This document shows positions 40,876 to 53,300 of a DNA stretch of 64,000 nt, piece by piece. The DNA comes from Octopus sinensis (taxonomy: Eukaryota), in NCBI RefSeq assembly GCF_006345805.1, contig NC_043001.1:2852001-2916000 (forward strand), written 5' to 3'. Each line of letters opens with the position of its first letter. Position 1 is the stretch's first letter. A model generated the notes under the pieces. That model was not told the origin of the DNA. It made no database searches and saw only the letters and a program-made list of their open reading frames with translations. Made by a program: the position numbers and the translations under genes.

Positions 40876-41008
<133 letters not shown>

Positions 41009-41013
41009 TATGT

Positions 41014-41047
<34 letters not shown>

Positions 41048-44000
41048 TGATAGATAGATAGATAGATAGATAGATACTCACACTCACATATATATGCATA
41101 CATATATATGTATACATACGCATATATATATATATACATGTATGCATACATATATATGTATACATACGCATATATATATATATGTATGTATACATACATA
41201 TATATATATATAGATGTGTGTGTGTGTGTGTGTGTGTGTGTCTGCATGTATGTATGTATATGCACATATATACACGTATATATATATATGTATATATTCT
41301 TTTGATAACAAGGGAATTGCTAATCTTACAACTATTGAACTGTGGCTGCCGATATAAATGACTGGGTGCTAAAGAAGAAATTGTTCTAAGAATGTTTTTA
41401 TCAGTTTTGAAGTCTTCAGAGGAATTCTGTAAAATGAAACTAAGAATATTTCTATTATTAGGAAGCTTAGGGTATCACAGTAGTCAAACTTGAAGCCCAC
41501 CACAGCTCTAAATATTCTTTGAAATGTTGGTCTTGTCTCTTTCTGTCTAAATTTTGTGCTAGTTATGGTGAATTGTGCTTTTATTTCTTTATTTTCTGAG
41601 TTCGATCCCAGATTAGGTCAATGTTCACTTTTGTCTCTCTGGAGCTGATAATTCTTTCCTCAATTGTTTGTTTGTTTATTTGTTTACTTCAATCCGTTTC
41701 TCTATGCCACTGCAGGTTAGATATATACACATTACTGGTGCCTCGTTGTTACAGCTGCATGTCTTTCTTGTCATGAACTCTGATCTTTTTTCATGTAAAG
41801 AAGATTTCATTTCAGTTGTGTTTGAAAGTATTGATCCATTGGATGAATTGCTACCAGGGGAAGGTAAAGAACATCACTGTCCACTGCTCAGTGAGTCTGG
41901 GAAGAAGCATGGAATGAGGGCAGTCACTCAGACACACATACATACCCACATCATGCATACTTATATACATACATGCATTTAGATGTGTGTGCATGAGTAA
42001 AAGCAGAAATCCATAACCTTGCTTCTAGTTCATAACTGAATTGTGCTCAACATCTGTTTCATTAGCAATAAACAACATTAATTCCATAATTCTTTCTACT
42101 TTTTGGAACGAGGCCAGCAATTTTGAAGGAAGGGGTCGACAATTACATCAACCCCTGGTACTTATGTATTTGACCCCCAAAAAGATAAAAGACAAAGCCA
42201 ATCTCGTTGGAATTTGAACTGACAACATAAAGATGGTTTAAATGCTGCAACCAGTTCTGTTAGCTCACTGCCTTGCATTAATTCCAGAATTAGAATTATT
42301 TAAAAGCAATATTTACCAAAAGCAACAACCCAAAGCTGATTTGTTAATTTGGCTCATACATTAATTCTAAGATAACTATCCCAAAACATATATGGGATTA
42401 TCTAATACTAAACATTAGGCAAACTAGGTGTATGCCTGAGATGCTCAGACCATGGTCCTGCAAATATTTTTGTGCAAAGCTTCTAAATCCAATCAAAACC
42501 ATGAAAATTTAGTAAGAGAGCAGATGGGATCACTCTTGAAACAATACAAAAGGAAGGACACTTTATGAGAGAGGTTTGTATGATGTGATGATCTGCCACA
42601 TAATTTGCTGTGAAATATTTCAAATTTTACCAAATGACAGATTTACTCAATGATGGCCAGGATCTTAAAATGTTTAGGCTTATTGATAGCAAATTAATTA
42701 TAATTATTCAACGTCATTTTCCATCTGGTGTAATGAGGGTGCTGGCTGGTGAGTATTGTATAAACAATTGGAGTTGTTGTCTCTTATTGTTGGACTGCAA
42801 GAAGGAATGGTCACTCACTGAAGGGCTGGGAGAAAAGCGTGCACTTTGCTAGGCTGGGGGAAAAGAGCACATATAGAAGGGTTGCATGAAGAGGGTGTGC
42901 ACCAAAGGGTTGGGAGAAGGAGGTACATATTGAAGGGGAAAGGAGAGGGGTAGACATTTTATGGTTGGTAAAAGGGGCTTCATATTGTACTTTAGAAAAA
43001 AAATTAAGCACACATTGCGGGGCTGATAGAAGAGAACAAGCACATTGGATTAATCTAAAGCCAGCTCTGAGTATATACATGAGATGAGAGAAGATTAGGA
43101 TAGAAGGCAACTTCCGAGATGCTGTATAAGCGGATCAAACCTGGAGTCACTTGGTTGCAAAGTAGACACCTTAAACACACAACTAGTTTTACATATCATA
43201 ACATGATAGACACAACTGATATTTCAGTGTCTGAAAATGCTAAGAGAGAATAAAGTTTAGTGAATTCCACTCTTACCAACCTATCATTGTCTACATTGGC
43301 CCAAAACTTCAATCACCTAATCTTATTTGAGCAACCCCCATTGCTTGTTACCATTAAATTTTGTACATCCCCCCAGAGGGAGATTTTGTCTAATAATTGT
43401 TAGGATAATCTCAGTTGATTGAAGTTTTTCAACTTACTATATTACATATGTGAGGCCCTATGGTATTTGCAAAAACTTATAATTTGCTTTTAAACAGCTT
43501 GTAAATTAAAAATCTCTCATATTTTGTAAAAATTTTCAGAGGTGATTTTTTTTTCTTTTTCTTTTTTTTCTTTTCACTTGTTGAGTGTTTTTAATCTTCT
43601 CCAAAATATTCCCACTGCTCTGCCAACAGAGTGTGTATCCTGAAGCCACAAGAAAATGGTACACAACTTATTAATTACAAGCAGACAAACTAATTTGCAT
43701 ATAGGTGTTAGTTTTAAAACTTAGAAAATTCTCTTTACTCGAGACACAAAATGAAAAGAAAACTAAAAAAAAAAAAAATATTCCATATATTCTATCTTTT
43801 ACTTATTTAAGTCATTAAATTATGGCCATGCTGGCCATAAGTGAAGTGAACCAGCCCCAACACCAGTTGTGAAGATCTATCTATCTATCTATCTATCTAT
43901 CTAGCTATATATATAGCACAAATAAAAGTTACAAACTTCATTCAGGGATATCAAAATCCCATGAAAATACTGGTTAGTTACCTATACAAAGAATGTTGAA

Positions 44001-44194
44001 CATTACAGATAATAGTCAACTGCAAGGTAACTATATAAACCCTGGTTTATATATATTTATTTATGATAAGATGAGAAAACAAAGAACTAGTTAATAAATT
44101 ATTATTTATTAATTAATATATATATACACACACATACACATATATCTATATACATATATATATGACATGTTTCTTTCAGTTTCTTATTTTTTAC

Positions 44195-44413
44195 TACCCA
44201 CAAGGGGCTAAACACAGAGGGGACAAACAAGGACAGACAAACGGATTAAGTCGATTACATCAACCCCAGTGCGTAACTGGTACTTAATTTATCGACCCCG
44301 AAAGGATGAAAGGCAAAGTCAACCTCGGCAGAATTTGAACTCAGAACATAGCGACGGGCGAAATACTGCTAAGCATTTCACCCGGAGTGCTAACGATTCT
44401 GCCAGCTCGCTGC
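44195..44413 (-). mobile_element. SINE type K
   Basis: Reverse complement of the 3270-3500 family. Confidence 0.9.
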
Positions 44414-44719
44414 CTGTTTCTTTCAGTTTCTGTCAACCAATTTCACTTGCAAGGCTTTGATGGGCTTGAGGGTATGGTAGAAGACACTTGTACAAAGTAC
44501 AACGCAGTGGGACTGAACTCAGAACCGTGTGGTTGGAAAGCAAAGTTCTTACCACTAACCCAAACTGTAAAATAATTTTGTCTCTATTAAGCTCATGTTT
44601 TTTAATGTAAATTAACCTGAAATTCAATTGGTTTTAATTTAGATCGTTTTAAAAGTGGAAGTTTGTATCCTAGAAGCAAGGAATGTCCCAGGCAGGTTGA
44701 TATTGAAAAGGTCATGATA

Positions 44720-45142
44720 GTGCTATATCCTACATGTCTCTCCTACTATAGCCCCAGGCCAACCAAAGCCTTGTGAATTGATCTGGCTAAAAGAAACTGA
44801 AAGAAGCCCATTGAGACAAAGTGGCTGAGTTCCTTTCAAGTGTTGGACCTTACGGAGGCAATGACCAAGACCTTTGGCATTATGTCGTGCTTGAGAAGAA
44901 GACCCATCATGCCAAGCAAAATCGCAGTCATGGCAGATACTGGTGTCATGCAAATGGCACCGGTGCCAGTGACATGTTAAAAAAAAACACCCATTACACT
45001 CTCGGAGTAGTTGGTGTATGGAAGGGCATCAAACCATAGAAAACCATGCTGTATTAGACTGGAGTCTGGTGCAGCCTTCCAGCTTGCCAGTCCTGGTCAA
45101 ACCGTCCAACCCATGCCAGCAAGAACAATAGAAATTAAATGG

Positions 45143-45150
<8 letters not shown>
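44720..45150 (+). mobile_element. SINE type B
   Basis: Head remnant, body and (GAT)n tail. Confidence 0.8.
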
Positions 45151-45212
<62 letters not shown>

Positions 45213-45991
45213 CAAACATAGGGTTAGTTAAATTATGTTTGGGATATATTTAAACTGCTAAAACTGCAAACTCACTGTAGTTGCTATAGCGAAAATCTTT
45301 CACTTATGGTAAAAAGGTGAGAAAACACCCTATCTGTTCAGTGTCGCCATCTATCAGGATGTTTCTAGCTTGCTGGCTTTTATCAATGGGAAGTACCTAA
45401 GAGAGGCAACTCTGAACAGATCTTTGAAAGCAACAGCTTTATGTAAAATAGGTCAATGTTGTTGACTGAATTGTGCTTATGATTATGAAAATGACTGTCC
45501 AACTCATGCCAGCATGGAAAGTGGACGTTAAACGACGACGATGAAGATGATGATGAGTGACATATTAGTGGGAATTTGTCTATTAATTGGTGAAAGTGTC
45601 AATTCATATTCCTAGCAGCAGCTAAAAAATTACAAAAGATGGTGCAGAACTCCAGTGTCTACTTTGGGATGGTTTCTATGTGTGTATGTTTTCCATAAGA
45701 CCCACCAGTTTATAGTGTGACAGTGTATGAAGTTCTCTTTCCATAGCACCTGCACAAGTGAGGTCACCATGTAAGTGGCAAAATTAAAAGTCCTCCTAAA
45801 CTGAGTTGGAAGGCGTATAGTAGAGAAGGAAGCTGCTTTATTGCAGGTGCTGAGAGAAGGAAATATGGACCAGAGCAGGCTAAAACTACAAAAAAAAAAG
45901 TATCAAAAACTGAACTGATAATAAATCTAAATTTGTGTCTATCATCTTGCTTCTGAAAATTCACCAACACTACACCTGACACATCTCTTTT

Positions 45992-46196
45992 GCTCTTTTA
46001 CTTGTTTGAGTTATTTGACAGCGGCCATGCTGGAGCACTGCCTTTAGTCGAGCAAATCGCCCCCAGGACTTATTCTTTGTAAGCCTAGTACTTATTCTAT
46101 CGGTCTCTTTTTGCCGAACTGGTAAGTTATGGGGACATAAACACACAAGCATCGGTGGTCAAGCAATGTTGGTGGGAAAAACACAGACACACAAAC

Positions 46197-46249
<53 letters not shown>

Positions 46250-46622
46250 GCAGGTGGCACGTAAAAAGCACCCACTACACTCACGGAGTGGTTGGCGTTA
46301 GGAAGGGCATCCAGCTGTAGAAACATTGCCAGATTAGACTGGAGCCTGGTGCAGCCTTCTGGCTTCCCAGAACCCCGGTCGAACCGTCCAACCCATGCTA
46401 GCATGGAGAACGGACGTTAAACGATGATGATGATGATGATGATATATATTTATACATATATACGACAGGCTTCTTTCAGTTTCCATCTACCACATCCACT
46501 CACAAGGCTTTGGTCAGCCTGAGGCTATAGTAGAAGACACTTGCCCAAAGTGCCACGCAGTGGGAATGAACCCTGAACCATGTGGTTGGTAAGCAAGTTA
46601 CTTACCACACCACCACTCCTAC
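45992..46622 (-). mobile_element. SINE type A with a type B 3' fragment (46245-46440, +) inserted in its internal TA tract
   Basis: Type A 3' half at 45992-46200 and head at 46463-46622 flank the type B fragment. Confidence 0.8.
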
Positions 46623-47255
46623 ACTATTGGACCGTTTCCTCTTTGTGACTCTTTTACTGTACATTCTTCTGTCTTTTTCTGCTTTATTCCACATCCTGTG
46701 AATTTACTTCTAGCTTTCATTGTTGTCTGTCTTTACTTGGCTTATGGCCACTTTCTGTCCACTCTTTTAAGCTTTTCTAACAAGTTATGCTGCACCAGAG
46801 CAGTGCAGACGATGAGGTCAGTATCATCATTTATTATGTTATAAGAACAGTGTTGTTGTGTAACAATAGATTTATTGAAAAGTCTGGGAATGCCGGAGAT
46901 TTCCAAGAAAGGACGAAAGAAACTGACCGACATCCTTCAAATGAATCCAGTGCAAACTTGCAAACCATTCCAAATTCTTCTGTTTCTGTGTCTTGGAATG
47001 AAGAAACACAGCACTCAATCATCTGAGCATTATAGCATAAATACACACATAATGATGATGACGATGATGATGATGATGATGATGAGGAGGAGGAGGAGGA
47101 GGAGCCGGGGGGCACATATGCGCAGACAATTTCTTTCATGTAAGCATTCATTAATTCACTCACATATTTGAAAATCTCTGAAACTATCTTCACTCAAGCA
47201 AACTGACTTATTTCTTTGGCTTCAGTTTTAAACACGTTTGAATGGAAACCTAAAC

Positions 47256-47338
<83 letters not shown>

Positions 47339-47663
47339 CACACATTATTTTATTATTTTGTTCCTTTAGCCGTTTCAGTCAATCAACTGTGATTATCCTG
47401 GGGCATTTCATTCTTAAAACATGACATTATCCTCACATATTACTGAGTTGGTGATAGTTACACTTAGACAAACACCCAGCATGCTTACTATCTACACACA
47501 CACACACACACAGACACACACACACGCACACACACACACACACACGCACACATATGCATACACTTTCTCTAACTCTCTCCACTTCTGGTTATTTCAGCCA
47601 TGCAACCGCACACATGCTTTTCCTACACTTTTTTCATTCTCTCCGGACCTTTCCTCTCTCCTC

Positions 47664-47696
47664 TTTCTGATGAAGAGCCATTCTTGAAACGTTACA
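47664..47696 (+). ncRNA. Minimal type I hammerhead ribozyme motif (stem I degenerate)
   Basis: CTGATGA(47667-73)-A-GAG-ccatt-CTT-GAAA-CGT-T, with intact palindromic ACGT stem III; stem I is only TTT/ACA. Confidence 0.55.
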
Positions 47697-48022
47697 CACC
47701 CAATACTTTTGCCATTCTTATTCTTAGTGCCACACTTATGCATTTCATGTGTACGCCATGTTTAGTTTCGTGGTTTTGTAACTTGTAATTTTTGATTTGT
47801 CTAAATGTGTGTATGTGTGTGTGTGTGTGAATGAGTGTTCACCTATATATATTATAATAAAGGGTTGATATCATAAATGATTTTACCAAGGGGCCAGTGC
47901 AGAGATAAAAACCTTATAGGTGAATTTTACAAATATTATAATAAATATATACAGAATTTTGGCATCAATTTCTAGTGCGAGGAGAGGCTTATAGCTAATC
48001 CCTTGTTATAATTACATATATG

Positions 48023-48057
<35 letters not shown>

Positions 48058-48383
48058 TATTATTATTATTATCATATATACATGTATATATACATATATA
48101 TATATATATTAGTCAATTTAGGGTAGCAAAAAAATTCAATAGAAATTCATATATATATATATATATATATTAGTCAATTTAGGGTAGCAAAAAAATTCAA
48201 TAGAAATTTTTTTGCTACCCTAAATTGACTAATTGATAATTTTCTGAATAATTCTGAGATTGAATCGGCAGTTTATATTTACTGCTGATAAGTTTGGCGC
48301 GAATACGTCAGTCTTGAAAATTTTAAGACAGATATTCCGTAGGCATCGATACAGACGCCTCGTGTATATTTGTCTCTCCCAGG

Positions 48384-48485
48384 TTTTTTACTGATGAAGT
48401 GTAACCTATGGTAGATTAGCTTAATTTAATTTAATTAAGCTAATTTAATCATTAATGACACAGAAACGTTGCAACGTCTAAAAGA
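48384..48485 (+). ncRNA. Type I hammerhead ribozyme with long stem II
   Basis: Stem I TTTTTTA/TAAAAGA; CTGATGA 48391-97; stem II GTGT/ACAC closing a 12 bp internal hairpin; GAAA 48463-66; stem III ACGTT-gc-AACGT; GUC site after 48478. One A.A mismatch at the base of stem II. Confidence 0.75.
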
Positions 48486-48759
48486 TGAATTAGGGTAAAT
48501 GTTTTTAAATTTTCACCTAATTTCTGAATTACTACTACTTGGCGGTGTGAGTTATGGCTGCTCTTTCTGGTGGACGAATGACCTGTTAGGGTCACTCCTA
48601 AATTGTTATATATATATATATATATATATATATTAATTAATAAGGGTGAGAGAATTAGATACTAATTTAATAGTATATTTATTCAACACCAAGTGGCCTA
48701 GTGCTACGAGAACCTGGATTATTATAATATTTTATAACATATTACAATACTTTTACAAA

Positions 48760-49155
48760 ACAAATATAAGAGAGTGGTCAATATATTGCTCACTCTAGCA
48801 CCAGTTAATCCAAAAGGTTTCAACCACGAAGATACATGTTTCCCATGAAAGCCAGTACGACTGTTAGCTCACACGGACAGGGCAAGTAAAAAATAACAAA
48901 AATACAGATTATTTTGGGACAACTTGGCTGACGAGCTACAAATGGATTTTTTTGTAAGTAATATTACATTTAATTCATTAATAGCGAAACAATTGTCCCA
49001 AAATAATCTGTATTTTTGTTATTTTTTACTTGCCCTGTCCGTGTGAGCTAACAGTCGTACTGGCTTTCATGGGAAACATGTATCTTCGTGGTTGAAACCT
49101 TTTGGATTAACTGGTGCTAGAGTGAGCAATATATTGACCACTCTCTTATATTTGT
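48760..49155. repeat. Perfect inverted repeat, 163 bp arms (48760-48922 / 48993-49155)
   Basis: Arms read as exact reverse complements; spacer is 70 bp. Confidence 0.95.
48924..49001 (+). ncRNA. Canonical type I hammerhead ribozyme
   Basis: Stem I TTGG/CCAA; CTGACGA 48928-34; stem II GCTA/TAGC (extendable AATGGATT/AATTCATT); GAAA 48986-89; palindromic stem III ACAATTGT; GUC site after 48997. All core positions match the HHR consensus. Confidence 0.85.
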
Positions 49156-49162
49156 GTTGTGT

Positions 49163-49193
<31 letters not shown>

Positions 49194-49334
49194 GTATATG
49201 TATTTCAATACATCATCATCAGCATCATTTAACATCTGCTCTTACATGGCCCCAGCACAAGTGCCGGTAATATGACCCTGGCATTGACCATGGCTATGAT
49301 TTCACTTGGCTTCATGGGTCTTCTTCTCAAGCAT

Positions 49335-49885
49335 GGTATATCGCCAAAGGTCCAACACCTGTAGATCATGCTTCACCACCTCATCCCATGTCTTCCTGGA
49401 TCTACCTCTACATGATGTCCCCTCCACAGTTGGAGATCGTCCCTTCTTTACACAGCTGTCCGCATTCATGTGCATCACATAACCATACCATCACAGTCAT
49501 CTCTCTTGCACACTACATCTGATGCCTCTTATGCCCAACTTTTTCCTCAAGGCATATACACTCTGTCACACATGCACACTGACATTGCACATCCAGCAAA
49601 ACAGACCAGCTTCCTTTCTTTCAAGCCTACGCATGTCCTCATTGGTCAAGGCCCATGTTTCAATGCCACATAGCACAGCTGTTTGCATAGATGCATCATA
49701 GAGTCTGGCTTTCACTCCAAGAGACAGGCCCTTTTTTGCCAACAGAGGTAGGCACTCTCTGAATGTTGCCCAGCCTAATCTTATTCTCACAGCTACGCTC
49801 TGGGAGTATCCACCTCCACTACTAACTTAGTCACCTGGATAATGGAAGCTACCCACTACCTGTAGCTTGTTCACCTGACATTTGA
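49335..49885 (-). mobile_element. Degenerate RTE-like LINE 3' fragment
   Basis: RIRLGWATFRECLPLLAKKGLSLGVKARLYDA...ETWA...WMCNV. Confidence 0.8.
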
Positions 49886-50301
49886 TGGAGTCTATTTTCT
49901 GTACATTTTTAGTGTTTATTGTACCTGTGCAGCTCCCGCACTCATAAACTATTTTTCCCTGTTAACCTTCCTCTATTATTACTGAACCTCTTATGTGTCC
50001 AAACCTTGCGCTGGGTACATCGTATGGAATTTCTACCTAGGCCTTTCCTACATATATATATATATATATATATATATAGATAGATAGATAGATAGATAGA
50101 TACATACATACATACATACATACATACATACGTACGTACATACATACATACGTACGTACATACATACATACATACATACATACATACGTACGTACATACA
50201 TACATACGTACGTACATACATACATATATACATACACATTCATATGTATATATATATATATATATATACACATATGCTTTATTTAAAAGCAGCAGAAACA
50301 T

Positions 50302-50354
50302 AACAAAAGCTGTTACTCAGAGTTTCATGTTCCCGTTCATCAGACAGTTTTGTT
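50302..50354 (-). ncRNA. Type I hammerhead motif, inverted copy of 50364-50416
   Basis: Reverse complement reads CTGT-CTGATGA-ACG-GGAA-CAT-GAAACTCTGAGTA-ACAG. Confidence 0.7.
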
Positions 50355-50363
50355 AAATATTTT

Positions 50364-50416
50364 AACAAAACTGTCTGATGAACAGGAACATGAAACTCTG
50401 AGTAACAGCTTTTGTT
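50364..50416 (+). ncRNA. Type I hammerhead motif (stem II CpG-decayed)
   Basis: Stem I AACAAAACTGT/ACAG(C)TTTTGTT; CTGATGA 50375-81; ACA-GGAA-CAT; GAAA; ACTC-T-GAGT; GUA site after 50404. Confidence 0.7.
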
Positions 50417-50511
50417 ATGTTTCTGCTGCTTTTAAATAAAGCATATTACTCTACCTCTGGTATTCGAGTACTCTTTTTTCCACCTTGTTTCACATGTATG
50501 TGCTTACTCCA

Positions 50512-50588
<77 letters not shown>

Positions 50589-50712
50589 TACATATATACA
50601 TTCATACAAAGACACACGTACTCATGCATTTCCACATGCACATATATACTTGTATATATAGATATACACTATTTACAATGGATGGATAGGTGTTGCCATC
50701 TTGTTTGTTGTT

Positions 50713-50758
50713 ATCACAACCTTTCAGCTGGTGTACTCTCCTACCTTCTTCAGGTGTT
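50713..50758 (-). ncRNA. Degenerate inverted copy of the second-family hammerhead
   Basis: Reverse complement AACAC-CTGAAGA-AGGTAG...CAGCT-GAAA-GGTT-GTGAT. Confidence 0.5.
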
Positions 50759-50896
50759 CTGCTGGAATTTCAAATCCCACCCTTTATTTGATTAACGTCA
50801 GTAATATATCTTACGAATGAGAACATACAATACCTTAAGAATGAGAACAGAGTACCCCAGTAGTAAAATAAAGGGTTGACTTTGAAATTCCAGCAG

Positions 50897-50942
50897 AACA
50901 CCTGATGAAGGCTGGAGAGTACATCAGCTGAAACATTGTGTT
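50897..50942 (+). ncRNA. Type I hammerhead motif, second family
   Basis: AACAC-CTGATGA-A-GGCTG-loop-CAGCT-GAAA-CATT-GTGTT; ACAT is consistent with a decayed ACGT palindrome. Confidence 0.65.
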
Positions 50943-51091
50943 AATAACAAACAAGGTGAGGACAAATATCAGTCGAATATAAATAACGTACGTAATTCCT
51001 CATCTCAAAAATATAGAATAATATATATATATTCGCATTCATATATGTATATTTATTTGTGTACTAATACATACCTATATTCAAGTATATA

Positions 51092-51907
51092 TACAGGGTA
51101 TGGTGAATAAACTGTCATTTGAATCATGCAAAAATGAAAATAACACTGATATCTCATTTTGAAAGAGATATATTTATGAAAATTCGATATCTGAAATACT
51201 AAAGAGTGAATTTATTCAATAAAATCGCCACTGGCTTCAACCATGACCTCCGGATGGCTTTGGAACCTCCTCCAACTCTTGTGAACGGTTTCCTTGTTTA
51301 AGTTGGTGAATGCTGCCATAATCCTTGCCTTCAGTGCATCTTTGGTGTTACCAGGAATTTTCTTGATCTCTCACTCAACTGTACCCTACACATGATAATC
51401 AAGGGGGTTGCAGTGTGGAGAGTTAGGGGCCCAGATGTTAATGGTGATGTGGTTGCAGAAATTGACTGACAACTATGACTGGGTTCCCCTGCTTGTGTGG
51501 CATAGTGTAGAGTCCTGTTGGCCCCCTTTTGACCCAGGGCAGCAATACCTCCTCCAGGCACTTGAGGTAGGCCTCCATGTTGGGTCTGCGAGGCTGTGTC
51601 GGAAGAAGAGAGGCAAACACTATGATGTTGACTGGATGTTTGATTTTTATCCCTCTGGGTACGTCTCCTCAGATTGACACCCAAACACTCTGAAATTTTC
51701 ACATTGGAGCTTCCAGCATGAATGCCAAGCAGTGCAGATTATCATTTCCAAATTTCTGCCAGAGGGAAGTGCATCATGTTGCTGATTTTCTCATAGATGG
51801 TACCCAACTGACCCTACTATACTATGTAGTCAACTAAATCAAAAACAATGTGCCCACACGAAATTAAAGATGTAAAATGGCAACAATTTACCCATCGCAC
51901 CCTTTAT
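51092..51907 (-). mobile_element. Second internally deleted DD37D (maT-type) derivative
   Basis: EAYLKCLEEVLLPWVKR and other blocks match 29304-30079; tacagggt terminus at 51092. Confidence 0.85.
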
Positions 51908-51988
51908 GTACACATATCACATTATACATACATAAACACATATCTATATATGTATATATGTGTGCATGTGAGTGTGTGTGTGTGTGCA

Positions 51989-52023
<35 letters not shown>

Positions 52024-52039
52024 CAATGGAAATAGTAGT

Positions 52040-52416
52040 TGTGATAGCTGTGCCGGTGGCACGTAAAAAGCACCATCTGAACGTGGCTGTTGCCAGCGCA
52101 GCCTCGACTGGCTTCTCTGCCGGTGGCACATAAAAAGCACCATCCGAACGTGGCCAATGCCAGCGCCGCCTTGACTGGCTTCCATGCCGGTGGCACGTTA
52201 AAAGCACCAACCGATCGTGGCCGATGCCAGACTCCCCTAGCACCTGTGCAGGTGGCACGTAAAAAACACCCACTACACTCACGGAGTGGTTGGCGTTAGG
52301 AAGGTCATCCATCTCTAGAAACACTGCCAGATCAGACTGGAGCCTGGTGCAGCCCCTGGCTTCCCAGACCCCGGTCGAACCGTCCAACCCGTGCTAGCGC
52401 AGAAAACAGACGTTAA

Positions 52417-52420
<4 letters not shown>
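52040..52420 (+). mobile_element. SINE type B 3' part, CpG-rich, with ~67 bp internal repeats
   Basis: gccggtggcacgtaaaaagcacc units at ~52051, 52118, 52185 and 52247; (GAT)n tail. Confidence 0.9.
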
Positions 52421-52515
<95 letters not shown>

Positions 52516-53031
52516 TACAAATGTATGTATTCATATATGTATATATATATAACTGTAAGCATGTATATCTATATATATTTACCATCTACATTAAAACAAT
52601 AGTTTAATTAGTATTGTCATTTATAACGAGGAAACATATAAAAAGTGAAAGAAATTAAACGTTAGCCAATGGCTAATGTTGTTGTTTTTGTTATAGCTTG
52701 ATTATTGCTAATTAGCATATCTAATGTTTCCTCTATTAAATATGGTAATTCTAACTTAACTATTTTCCAATAATTTTCTCCCAAAAGTATTCTTAACATA
52801 AGAAATGCTGTAAAACAATCAATAACACTGAATTACAAAATAGATAAAAAAAAAAGAATAATTAATAAAATGGGTGTTTTATGAAAAAAACATGTGATAT
52901 GTCAATAATATTATTACCATTATAATTATCATTTTTATTACTAGTAATAATGATGATATGATTGATGATAATAATGATGATAATAATAATAATAATAATA
53001 ATAATAAAATAATAATAATAATAATAATAAA

Positions 53032-53252
53032 AATATTCAGACAAATGCATAACAAAAACACCAGGACTTACAAACACATATAACATACAGAAAATTGCAC
53101 TACTAGGCACTGCACACATCCTACGCAGAACTCTTTCCATACAGTAACCATCAGAACCATCAGAGCATCACAACAAATCACAGCACATACCCAAGGCACA
53201 CAGAGCTGTGCTCAGTAGTGAAGTGAAAGCAAGTTATAAAAATAAAACTATT
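53032..53252 (+). mobile_element. R4/Dong-clade 3' end within (TAA)n
   Basis: TPGLTNTYNIQKIALLGTAHILRRTLSIQ*; TAA tracts on both sides. Confidence 0.8.
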
Positions 53253-53257
53253 GAATG

Positions 53258-53297
<40 letters not shown>

Positions 53298-53300
<3 letters not shown>

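Larger units (their letters stand above)
50272..50446. repeat. Fold-back hairpin, ~86 bp arms, 3 nt loop, one mismatch
   Basis: atgctttatttaaaagcagcag...tttgttaaa-tat-tttaacaaaa...ctgctgcttttaaataaagcat. Confidence 0.95.

Noticed and set aside
42960-43080. REQAHWINLKPALS resembling a GIY-YIG C-terminus
   Set aside because: Single short motif with no supporting upstream residues.
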